Origin: Bacteroidota bacterium
GTDB lineage: Bacteria > Bacteroidota > Ignavibacteria > UBA10030 > UBA6906
Direction of reading: 5' to 3'
Assembly: GCA_030835135.1 (NCBI GenBank)
Contig: JAUQWO010000070.1
Location: 23,548-87,547, forward strand
DNA: 64,000 bases
Part shown: positions 1 to 8,332 of the stretch, piece after piece
Numbering within the stretch: the first letter of the stretch is position 1
Layout: every line of letters starts with the position of its first letter
Notes under the pieces: generated by a model
The model's input: the letters and a program-made list of their open reading frames with translations, nothing else
Told to the model about the DNA's origin: nothing
The model's database searches: none
Program-made: the position numbers and the translations under genes

Positions 1-84
1 AGGTGAGAACGACGTCTGGGCCAGGCTACTGTTGAGCAATCCAAGGATGACAATGGCGATGCAGCTGAACCGGTGTTTGAGCAT
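1..84 (-). CDS. N-terminus of a secreted protein (runs off window start)
   Basis: Not in ORF track. Minus strand ATG at 84 reads MLKHRFSCIAIVILGLLNSSLAQTSFSP (signal-peptide-like, A-Q cleavage), preceded by AAGGA; open to position 1. Confidence 0.6.
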   Translation of the reverse strand, partial: MLKHRFSCIAIVILGLLNSSLAQTSFSP

Positions 85-279
85 TACAGGGTCCGTCCTT
101 GAGTGGAATTGCCTTCGATTGAACGTCAGGGGTTTTCTTGGCGATGCAGTGCTTCAATGCGGGAACATAAGAATCGGCCCCTTCCGCAAAGGCGCCGGAC
201 TGTTTCGCGAGGAGTGGTTAACGAAAGTCAGCCATGTACGCTCCCAGAGTCCGCGCGGCAACATGCTCTTCACCGCAAC

Positions 280-308
280 AACATACCGGGATTCTCAGGG
301 TTTGTCAA
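280..308 (-). promoter_or_regulatory. sigma70-type promoter TTGACA-N17-TATGTT
   Basis: Minus strand TTGACA at 308-303, exact 17-nt spacer, TATGTT at 285-280; faces the gene starting at 84. Confidence 0.55.
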
Positions 309-336
309 GAGAGATGGACATGGCTACGCTGGTTGT

Positions 337-447
337 CGCCGGATCTGGTCCCAAGCTGGGGAATTCAAGCATCATCAGATCTCTGTGCGAGTCCCATCCG
401 CCCCGCAGAAAGTGCCTGAGTCAACTTGATTCGGGCATTCTTGTTTT
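337..447 (+). ncRNA. candidate structured small RNA, copy 1
   Basis: Bulged stem-loop 358-395, conserved linker GCCCCGCAG, G.U-rich hairpin 411-439 then CTTGTTTT. Upstream TTGTCA-N17-TACGCT at 302-330. Homologous copy at 2443-2520 with compensatory changes. Confidence 0.45.
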
Positions 448-483
448 CGGTGAGTACCTTTCACTCGAGCAGGCGCTGCGTTT

Positions 484-514
484 CTTTCAACATCTTTCAA
501 CACTTCTTTCAACA
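484..514. repeat. three direct copies of CTTTCAACA
   Basis: Copies at 484-492, 494-502, 506-514. Confidence 0.8.
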
Positions 515-701
515 TCTGTTTTCCTTGGCTTGGTGCCGAACGCAGTGGACGCAAGGTATCCCTTCGTGGGTACCCATACGACGAGAATTGGGATCTCATC
601 CTGCCTTCGCAGGCCCCCCGTCGCAGTTGTCAGCAGGCCACGCCCTTCCCGTGGTCACGCGGTGGCGTATTCGCCGGAGCGCCAGATTGATCGATTGTGA
701 T

Positions 702-1766
702 TCAAGGCTTCAGGAACTCAAGGATCCTCTGATTGACTTCATCCGTGTGGGTAAACATCAAGTCATGTCCGGTACCTGGAATGAGATGGATCTCGATCCC
801 CGGAGCGATCTTCGCGAGACGACTGACTGCGCTGTCCGCATCATAGCAGGTTTCATGCTCACCGATCATGTACAGCATGGGAACCCTCATCCCCTGGAGT
901 TCAGCGTCGCTGAGGACCGTCGGATTGACAGGCGTCTTGAATTTGAAACTACCGTAAGCGATCGTTATATACTCTACCCTCTCGTCCACGAGTGCCTTCC
1001 CCTCCTCACCCCTCTCGGCCAGATCCTTCCAAACCCAATTCATCATCCTTTCCTTGAAGTACCGTACCGGGAGAAGGGTGGACACCATGCCCCATATATA
1101 TGCACTCGGGAGAGGCAAGACGGTGAACGCAGGAGCCATGAGCACAGCGCCCTTCAGTCGTTCAGGATGGTCGAGCACGTACTGAGAAGCAATCCAACCT
1201 CCGTAGGAATATCCAATGATCCGAATGTCGTTGCCAAGACGAAGAGTGTCGAACAACTCGTCGAGCCAACCGGTAAAGTCGCGACCATTCTCAATTCTGC
1301 GAGTGGGAACGCTCCTCCCGAAATCCCAGATGTTGTCGAGTGCATAGGTCCTGAATTCCCTGGATAGAGCCGCGATGTTTGCGCTCCAGATATACGAATT
1401 TGAGCCGCCTCCCGGCAACAACACTAACGGTGGAGCGTCGATGGGGCCGCTGATCCTCATGAATGTCCAGCCAAACGAAGTCTGCACCAACCGTTCCTCG
1501 GAAATGGTGGGCCACCTATGGGCCATCTTGTCTTCAAATGCCAGATATCGCTCTCTTGCTTCCGTCGATCTAAATGGATGACCATCGGACATATCCATTT
1601 GCCCGGGACCAGAGAAAAGAGAAACATAGATCCACCCGGCAAAGACCACTACCACAAGGGTGATCCCACTCAATCCTCTGAGAAGATATTTAGCGACGTT
1701 ACGGGTATTACTGGACGGTTTTGCTGATGTGCTGACCGCCTGATGCTCCTCGATAGGTGCACACAT
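702..1766 (-). CDS. alpha/beta-fold hydrolase with N-terminal membrane anchor
   Basis: Nucleophile elbow GYSYGG, oxyanion motif LLPGGG, C-terminal GTGHDL; hydrophobic N-terminal helix; GGAGG RBS upstream of ATG 1766. Confidence 0.88.
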   Translation of the reverse strand: MCAPIEEHQAVSTSAKPSSNTRNVAKYLLRGLSGITLVVVVFAGWIYVSLFSGPGQMDMSDGHPFRSTEARERYLAFEDKMAHRWPTISEERLVQTSFGWTFMRISGPIDAPPLVLLPGGGSNSYIWSANIAALSREFRTYALDNIWDFGRSVPTRRIENGRDFTGWLDELFDTLRLGNDIRIIGYSYGGWIASQYVLDHPERLKGAVLMAPAFTVLPLPSAYIWGMVSTLLPVRYFKERMMNWVWKDLAERGEEGKALVDERVEYITIAYGSFKFKTPVNPTVLSDAELQGMRVPMLYMIGEHETCYDADSAVSRLAKIAPGIEIHLIPGTGHDLMFTHTDEVNQRILEFLKP

Positions 1767-1817
1767 GGAATTGTCCTCCGGTTGGTGACGGTACCTGATG
1801 AGATCAAGTCATTCGTT

Positions 1818-2384
1818 TTAGGAAAGCAAACGAGGTTTCAGATCTTCATCAGCCGGGGACTTGTGTGATAAGTTCTGGATCCGCAGGAGGGAGACAACTT
1901 GACGCGCAGTTGAAAGCACCAGTTCCTGCTGCTTCAGCAGGACAGTGACACGGGCATTCTCCGCGAGGCAGAGGGAACGCCAAAGGGGAATCCATTCGCA
2001 TCTGTCGATTGATGTATCCGGAGCATCCATTTCCGGCGACAACCAGAAGATGGTCCAGTCCCTTTGGGCTCCATGCTCTGCAAGCGGCAATTCAGTGAAG
2101 GTCTCATACGGCTCGTGCAGGTATTCTTGAAGGGAGGCGGCATCCAGATCGACCTTGATCAGATAGACCAGGATCTGCAATGCACAAACCACCGCAAAGA
2201 AGAGAGCCGGCCTATCCTTTTCCATGAGCCAATGATCAATAGGATTGAGTGCTTCGTCGCGGTTCCATCCGCGCAGGAAGTCGGTGTGCCATCGAACAAA
2301 TACATCCCCATCCCTTCCGGATAGAAGAGGATCCTTCCCCGGGAGGGCACGCATGACGTTACCAAAACCCAAGGAGATTGTCAA
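1818..2384 (-). CDS. hypothetical protein (start uncertain, possibly degenerate)
   Basis: 188-codon open frame with no recognisable motif. The track's TTG start is the -35 hexamer of a promoter, so the true start must lie downstream. Confidence 0.35.
   Translation of the reverse strand: MTISLGFGNVMRALPGKDPLLSGRDGDVFVRWHTDFLRGWNRDEALNPIDHWLMEKDRPALFFAVVCALQILVYLIKVDLDAASLQEYLHEPYETFTELPLAEHGAQRDWTIFWLSPEMDAPDTSIDRCEWIPLWRSLCLAENARVTVLLKQQELVLSTARQVVSLLRIQNLSHKSPADEDLKPRLLS
2356..2384 (-). promoter_or_regulatory. sigma70-type promoter TTGACA-N17-TAACGT
   Basis: Minus strand TTGACA 2384-2379, 17-nt spacer, TAACGT 2361-2356; same position relative to the repeated element as the promoter at 280-308. 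Confidence 0.55.
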
Positions 2385-2442
2385 TGAATCCGAATGGCGT
2401 TACAGGACCCCTCGACGCAGGCCAGGGTGGGATTCAAAACAT

Positions 2443-2526
2443 GGGGAAATCGAGCATCATCAGTGTTCTGTGCGACCCCGATCTGCCCCGCAGGAAATGC
2501 CCGAAGTGATTTGGGCATTTCCATTT
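2443..2526 (+). ncRNA. candidate structured small RNA, copy 2
   Basis: Stem-loop 2443-2479 with the same GCA-TCAT-CAG-loop-CTG-TGC core, GCCCCGCAG linker and hairpin AAATGCCCGA/TTGGGCATTT at 2495-2520. Confidence 0.45.
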
Positions 2527-2599
2527 CCCGGAGAGCGGCTTCCCATGAACGTGCGCGATGGGGGTAAGCAGGTTCCTGTGCCAGTTCTTCACGACATCC

Positions 2600-3661
2600 C
2601 TATCGAGCGTCCCCATCGATCACCGCACGCGCCCATCGTACGACGAATTCAGGGTAGTCTTCCGGATAGCGCGGTCCATCTGGCGTCACGATCACGAGCG
2701 AATGACCAACCCCCTGAAGGATCCTGACGGTAACATCCCGCCCACATCTTCGCAAACCCTCGAATACGTCTACCGTGCTCTCCGTGTCCACGACCTCGTC
2801 ATCTGATCCGATAACCTCGAGCACAGCAGCCCTGACCTTCAGGAAGGCTGGCATGGGGTCGTATTCGATCTTCCGAGAAAAGGCATTGAAGAATGCAGGC
2901 GAAGTGAGGGCGGGGTTGCGGACAGTCTGCGGAATCAGCGGTGCGAAACGAGCGAAGGACCGGAGCCGGTTCTCCAATGAATCACGCGCCCCCCGCGTAA
3001 CCCCATGTGTTGCTCCGGACAGATCCATTCTCGCAACGCCGCCATAGAACGCCCACAACGCCGAAGTTGCATCAGTCCCGGCCCTGACTTCATCCTCCGA
3101 TGCTCCCCGCTCGCGAAGCGCTCTGCCAATTGCATAGAGCGTCTGCCTCGACGGCCTGACACCTGATCCAGAACTGAGAATGATGAATCTGAGGGATGAA
3201 TCGTTGCTCGCCGCCAGCGTGCCCACCCAGCCACCCTCACTCCTGCCGAGAATGCCGATCTTGCCAGGCATGACATCGCTGCGTGTCCGGAGATACCGAA
3301 CGCCCGCGGCAAGATCGGTCGCGAGATCCTCATAATCAGAAGTGTCCAATAGACCGCCTGACCCCCCGGAGCCTCGCTTATCATAGAGCAGAACCGCGAA
3401 ACCTCCGCGGGCAAAGGCGTTCGCATGGACACGAAACGCTGGCTCGTCAAACGTCGCTGGTCCCGCCCCGTGGGTGATCACAACGGCCGGGAATGGCCCG
3501 TCGCCTTCGGGCTTGACAATGGCACCGGCCAGACAGGTATGGCCATTGTGAAACGTGATTGAATCGACCCCATGATCGAAAGGGGGCCCTCCCCCGGTTT
3601 GCGCGTATCCGGGGTTACAGCCCGTGAGCACCAATACCATCCTTATTACGAGCCTTCGCAT
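2600..3661 (-). CDS. exported alpha/beta hydrolase (S9/S33-like)
   Basis: HGAG, YDKRGSG, nucleophile GRSEGG, GSDDEVV and GVGHSL motifs; N-terminal signal/lipobox-like LTGC. Confidence 0.88.
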   Translation of the reverse strand: MRRLVIRMVLVLTGCNPGYAQTGGGPPFDHGVDSITFHNGHTCLAGAIVKPEGDGPFPAVVITHGAGPATFDEPAFRVHANAFARGGFAVLLYDKRGSGGSGGLLDTSDYEDLATDLAAGVRYLRTRSDVMPGKIGILGRSEGGWVGTLAASNDSSLRFIILSSGSGVRPSRQTLYAIGRALRERGASEDEVRAGTDATSALWAFYGGVARMDLSGATHGVTRGARDSLENRLRSFARFAPLIPQTVRNPALTSPAFFNAFSRKIEYDPMPAFLKVRAAVLEVIGSDDEVVDTESTVDVFEGLRRCGRDVTVRILQGVGHSLVIVTPDGPRYPEDYPEFVVRWARAVIDGDAR

Positions 3662-3877
3662 GCATGCCTCCCGGGGAGATTGCGCCTTCTTGTCTCACAA
3701 TTCGAAAGGAACAGGAGCATCCGCGGTTCGCCTGAAACGGGAAGCGCGAACCCACGTCAGTCTCGACAGCTGTCGTCGACTCTTCCCCATTGTTCACAAA
3801 CGGGAAGTCGATGCGATGCGATGACACTATCATGCCTCTCGATGGCTGTTGAGGCACGAGGCGTCGTAGGCATAGGT

Positions 3878-4546
3878 TCAGGGGTGCAGCGGCCACTCTG
3901 TTTCTAAGGTCAGATTCGCGAAGGACCCCCCCGAGCGGTCAGCGGTGTACAGCCCGATCATTCCGCCTTTCCTGTCACTGAGCAGATGCACGCGCAGGCT
4001 CGGACTCTCCGCATTGTTTACGTACACCAGTGCTTCATCGTTGCGAACCACGATCCGGATGTGAAACCAGTCGTCCGGATCAGGCGCAGGATCCACCACA
4101 TGCTCGTAGATGCCCTTGTGTTCTTCCCGCAAACGCTGCCAGGTGTACTGCGGAAGACTGATGTATTGAACACACCGCGACCTCCGCACGGAATCCGTGC
4201 TCGGAAAATGGAACGGCCGGAAGTAGATTGCGTCAAACGTCGAATCATCGGCCCCCCGGAACGCGATACCGAGAAAACTCCGCTGGAAGATGTTCTGCCC
4301 CTTCAGATCAACCTCAATGGTCCCCGATGACAATGACACCCCATTGATCCACACCAGCCCTTCGCCGTACTCCTCGCTCAACACCAGTCCGTTCATCCTA
4401 GGATCCGGCACTGGCTCGACAAGCCGGTTGATCACCGTAAGACCGTCCCTCCGAAGCAGATCTCTGAGATCGAACCGGACGATCTCCTTGCCATTTGCCA
4501 CGGATTGGACGGCCAGCAAACAGCCGAGGATGACGATGCCGTTCAT
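3878..4546 (-). CDS. secreted DUF1080-like beta-sandwich protein
   Basis: Signal peptide MNGIVILGCLLAVQSVANG; motifs GTIEVDLKG, FLGIAF, DWFHIRIVV, GMIGLY resemble the DUF1080/lectin-like fold. Start reassigned to ATG 4546. Confidence 0.6.
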   Translation of the reverse strand: MNGIVILGCLLAVQSVANGKEIVRFDLRDLLRRDGLTVINRLVEPVPDPRMNGLVLSEEYGEGLVWINGVSLSSGTIEVDLKGQNIFQRSFLGIAFRGADDSTFDAIYFRPFHFPSTDSVRRSRCVQYISLPQYTWQRLREEHKGIYEHVVDPAPDPDDWFHIRIVVRNDEALVYVNNAESPSLRVHLLSDRKGGMIGLYTADRSGGSFANLTLETEWPLHP

Positions 4547-4730
4547 GAGGGATCTCCTTGCATGGGATTTGCCTCTTCCATTGATTGAGCACACGTGGAT
4601 TGACCCTTGAATGATGGTGACACGTATCCAGAGACCCGCCATCCGGTTTCAAAGAACTCCCTTGTATGTGCGGCCCGCCATGGGGATCGTCTCGCGCCCT
4701 CAGTGGGTGGATCATCATGTCCCCGCACCA

Positions 4731-4988
4731 TCAAAGGCCGATCAGAGGTACCTTTGCCCTCCGACGCATCACTTCCCCGTCGCAGATCCAATCGAGTAGC
4801 ACAGAGTGATGCGAGGACGATTGCTCCTTGAGCCATGCGTCATTCACATGCCCCACGCGGAACCGGACCACGAGACGACGATCGGGGTTGAGGCTTTGTA
4901 TTCGTTGCGGATGAGAGGAAGTTGCAAGCAGAACGGCCAACTCATGGCGCAGAAATACCAACTCGCCGCTTTTCTGCCTGGGAAACAC
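4731..4988 (-). pseudogene. remnant of the N-terminus of an integrase-core (IS3-like) transposase
   Basis: ELVFLRHELAVL...DRRLVVRF resembles the ENLALRHQLAVL...DR N-terminal motif of that family (from memory); no DDE core follows. Confidence 0.3.
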
Positions 4989-5063
4989 GGGAAGTCCAAG
5001 CGCGGAATTGCACGAAAGGTTCAGACCACGAAGGAATCCAATGTTTCAGGCTGCAACGTGCTC

Positions 5064-5243
5064 TCATTTGCCTGGACGGCGTGAGCGGCTTGGGATCTGA
5101 CCTGGGTTGAGCGTCACCACTTTCCCATCCTTCCAGATCGCGACCGGTTCACCTAGCTTCCTGTGACGTTCCAGAGCACGTGCCACAGCCTCTTTGACAC
5201 CCTCGATGATCAGCTCCCGTGTCTTGCGTTGCTGCTTTGTCAT
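5064..5243 (-). CDS. small putative antitoxin normally paired with zeta-toxin/AAA ATPases
   Basis: 59 aa, GVKEAVARALERHRKLGEPVAIWKDGKVVTL; GGAG RBS; its ATG overlaps the TGA of the upstream remnant (ATGA). Confidence 0.7.
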   Translation of the reverse strand: MTKQQRKTRELIIEGVKEAVARALERHRKLGEPVAIWKDGKVVTLNPGQIPSRSRRPGK

Positions 5244-5408
5244 ACATACTCCCAAAGCCTCTTCCAAACCGGAGCCGGATGCACCACTGGCTCACTGTCC
5301 ATCTGTCGCTCCGCGCTACGACGGGCCGAGAAGCAGAAATATCGAACACATGCCAGCGCGACTTGAACTTCCGAAGAGCGACATAGTGACGACGGAACAT
5401 CCTCAAGC
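5240..5408 (-). pseudogene. frameshifted C-terminal remnant of a zeta-toxin-like/AAA ATPase
   Basis: Three frame segments EDV / RRHYVALRKF..RWHVFDISASRPVVAR / VHPAPVWKRLWEYV* match the family C-terminus (PEDVIRRRY..GLRNF..W.VFDNS); no P-loop present. Confidence 0.6.
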
Positions 5409-5415
5409 GTTCTCT

Positions 5416-7668
5416 TCATCGGACTTTGAATACCTGGTCACCCTCCCCCTTGAATTCAAATGGGCCCGGCCTCGGATTCGCGGCACTTCTGTCTTCACCG
5501 AGCAGATCTTTCCCCAGGACATAAGGAGAACCGTCCGGCATTTCGTAGGACAATTGCGGCGTGAATGCTCTCCCCAGGAGTTGAGTCGTCACCAATTGCC
5601 GTTCACCTCTCTTCCAGGACTGATCGATGATCATGCGCAGATACATCCCGCCATCCTTCTGGATGAGTTGGATCCCGGGATCGGCGCCCGCGTTGACGAC
5701 CGCATGTGCCTCATGCTTCGAAGGCCTGGCGCCAGTGAGGAACACATTACCATTCATGAACACCGGCAGCGCCGCGCGGTCATATTCGGCCAGGCCACAG
5801 GTGACGAAGATGTTATTGAAATAGCGCTCGTCACCACTGAGATTTGGAGCCAGTCCTGCGACCTCTGTTGAATGCGCTTTGAGGTGGGGCGTCTCACGCT
5901 TCTCACCATACAGAACGTTGACCTGACCGGCGATCAGGTTATGCACATACGCCCCACCCTGCGAGTTGACCAACATGCTCGGGTTCGAGAGCAGAATGTT
6001 GTTGTCGACGAGAAATGGTCCGTGATTGACTTCTACGAATATGTCATGGGATGGACCGTTGTCGTGCAGGAGATTGCGCGACACCCGCGTGCCCTGCGTC
6101 ATCCAGTCAAGCCAGATGCCCAGACAGGTTCGATAGATGTGGTTCCCGCTGATCTCCGCGTCCACCGCACCATGAAACTTGATCCCGGCCATCTCCGCAC
6201 CGTTGAACAGCCGCCGCACGTGAATGTCATGGATCGTATTGTCGTTGACCTGTGAAAACACAGCTCCCATGCTGCCGGCGATGCCGGCTTGCTCGCAATG
6301 CGAGATGTGGTTCTTGCGAACGATATGATGACCGATATTCTCTTTGGACCAGCCCCGTGCCCGTGCACGCTCGATCGTCGCGACATACCCCTCCGCGGAA
6401 TTCGCTGACGTATTGTCAAACGCATCCCCATGTTTGCCAAGCGTGAGACCGGTGCACACCGAATAGCTGATCTCATTATTCTCGATGATCCAGCCCTTGC
6501 TCCAGTGTGTACCGATCAAGCCGACCTGTTCAGCCGTGGGCGGCGCCCAATTCGTTGCGGCATGCATCATGGTGAAACCACGGACCGTGATGTAGTTGAT
6601 CCCGGTGCTTCCCGGGTAGAAGACGCTCTGACGGACATTGATCTCGACACGATCGCCATTGGGGTCGATATCCTTGAACTGCGCCCAAATGCTCGTCACG
6701 CTGTCGTCAACCGTGGCGAACCACAACCGGAGATCGGAATCGTTGACCTTCACGTTGGCTCTGAACACCAGGCAGACCGGCTGCATGCCACGTACGTTCT
6801 TGATCTCTGCGATGAACGATCTCCAGGATTGCCAGCCATTCGTCGTGGGTATGGAACATGTGCCAAGCAGCGCTCCCTCCGGACCTTGCAGTCGGATCTG
6901 AATGGTCCCTCCGTGAACGTTTCCAGAGGTTGCCCGAAACTCCATCCTGCTGGTGCCTTCTCCAAAATCCACCTTCGCATAGTACACCCAGTCATCCTGA
7001 TTGATCCTGCCAATGCACTCTCCTCCCTCCACGCATGGCCCCGTCCCAACCCCTTGATGATCGCTGAAACCCGCGGCCGGGATCCGTTGGGCGTGATCGT
7101 GCACCGGACGAAACCAGGTTATGTCCAGCAGATGATCGGTGAATCGTGGATCATAGGCCATGGCAGCGTTCCCGACCGGCTGCAAGACATGATCCAGGGT
7201 CGCGGCCTCGGTGAGCCAGTGACCGTTCAGGTAGACAGCGCCCGTGTGGTGTTCTCTTCCCAACGGATCGAACCAGTCACCTCTGATCACATCCGCATAC
7301 GGATTGAAATCCCCGAAGAAATGATTGGGGATCGTTGCTTTCCAGGTATCGTTCCGGACTCTCTCCCAGCCTGTTATGACCTCTGATCCCTTAATGATGA
7401 CTTCCTCTCCTGGAGCTGCACGGAATACGATCCGTTCTTTATCCGACGTTCCCCCTCGCGGCGGATCGATCCGTTCGCGATACACACCCTGATGAACGGT
7501 GATCACATCACCGGGGCGGGCTCTCCGGGCAGCCATCGATATTGTCTTCAAGGGACTGGACACCGAACCATCGTTTGCATCATCACCCGTGACCGCGACG
7601 TGAAGATCTTGTGAGCAGGCCGTCAGGGATATGATGATCAACGCACCTATCAGGACAGTCTTCAGCAT
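5416..7668 (-). CDS. GH120-like beta-xylosidase lipoprotein with internal CBM6
   Basis: Lipobox LTAC. GH120 motifs VHQGVYRE, WAPPTAEQ.GLIG..WSKGWIIE, catalytic IWLDW and DIFVEVNHGP. CBM6-like insert (DWVYY..VDFG, TNGWQSW) at about 6760-7090. Start reassigned to ATG 7668. Confidence 0.85.
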   Translation of the reverse strand: MLKTVLIGALIIISLTACSQDLHVAVTGDDANDGSVSSPLKTISMAARRARPGDVITVHQGVYRERIDPPRGGTSDKERIVFRAAPGEEVIIKGSEVITGWERVRNDTWKATIPNHFFGDFNPYADVIRGDWFDPLGREHHTGAVYLNGHWLTEAATLDHVLQPVGNAAMAYDPRFTDHLLDITWFRPVHDHAQRIPAAGFSDHQGVGTGPCVEGGECIGRINQDDWVYYAKVDFGEGTSRMEFRATSGNVHGGTIQIRLQGPEGALLGTCSIPTTNGWQSWRSFIAEIKNVRGMQPVCLVFRANVKVNDSDLRLWFATVDDSVTSIWAQFKDIDPNGDRVEINVRQSVFYPGSTGINYITVRGFTMMHAATNWAPPTAEQVGLIGTHWSKGWIIENNEISYSVCTGLTLGKHGDAFDNTSANSAEGYVATIERARARGWSKENIGHHIVRKNHISHCEQAGIAGSMGAVFSQVNDNTIHDIHVRRLFNGAEMAGIKFHGAVDAEISGNHIYRTCLGIWLDWMTQGTRVSRNLLHDNGPSHDIFVEVNHGPFLVDNNILLSNPSMLVNSQGGAYVHNLIAGQVNVLYGEKRETPHLKAHSTEVAGLAPNLSGDERYFNNIFVTCGLAEYDRAALPVFMNGNVFLTGARPSKHEAHAVVNAGADPGIQLIQKDGGMYLRMIIDQSWKRGERQLVTTQLLGRAFTPQLSYEMPDGSPYVLGKDLLGEDRSAANPRPGPFEFKGEGDQVFKVR

Positions 7669-8332
7669 GAGTTCGCTCCGGAGTGTGAGGGCAACATCTC
7701 CAACATCAACTGTTGCCTTTGTGGTTCTGAGCAGACCCTGCATTGCCGCTCTCTCTGCAATGCTCGCGGGGTGCCGGGTCTTCTGCATCGGTTAGAGTAT
7801 TCCTACAATACTCCAATGCGCAGGGCTTGTCAAGGGAAATATCCCGGCTACTCTGATCGCCGACGGATCTCTGATTCTGGCCCCCGCGCCTCACATTCAA
7901 TGATCACAGAGATTCTGTCAGACCCCCACCGAACCCGCCCGATCCCGCTTCGCGGAATCGCATTCTCAGTATCGACGCTCCATTGATCATCGATGATTCT
8001 CCTCCCCTCCTTCTTTCTCTCTCCCCTGTCCGGTGCATGCCGAGATCTTCGACGAGTCGCAGATACACACAAGGCCCGCCCCACAATACAGGACGAGCCT
8101 CCCGCACAATGCAAATGGTCGCCAGGGGGATCGAGTCCCCATAGGAACTACAGCCCGCGCAGTGCTCTCTCACCCGTTGACCACCGAACAGTCAATCGAG
8201 GCGGCGCCATGCTATGCCCCCGATGGTATCCTAGGGAGAATTCTTCCAATTGGAACCAATCTGACCCTTTTGTGGTTAACCTGGTACTGAATTCCGACGA
8301 GGTTTCTCGATACTCTATCAAAGGAGAGCTGT

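Noticed and set aside
358-447. Repeat as a fluoride, cobalamin, SAM-I or TPP riboswitch
   Set aside because: Only isolated words match (CUGAUGAUGC on minus, GUGCGAGUCC and GCCCCGC, UCAAGAGAG, CUGAGA). The required flanking helices and motif order are missing, and no gene lies downstream on the favoured strand.
32-700. 222-aa + strand ORF
   Set aside because: No motifs or RBS; it overlaps the signal-peptide gene at 1-84, two promoters and the structured repeat.
358-2520. Repeat pair as DGR template/variable repeats or integron attC sites
   Set aside because: Mismatches are not adenine-specific and no reverse transcriptase is present. I saw no RYYYAAC/GTTRRRY ends and no integron integrase.
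2434-2616. 60-aa ORF (HFLRG...LMMLDFP), with possible Sec read-through at its TGA
   Set aside because: The other copy is frameshifted and has stops in this frame, the read-through sequence is not conserved, no SECIS-like hairpin was recognised, and the conservation is better explained by base pairing.
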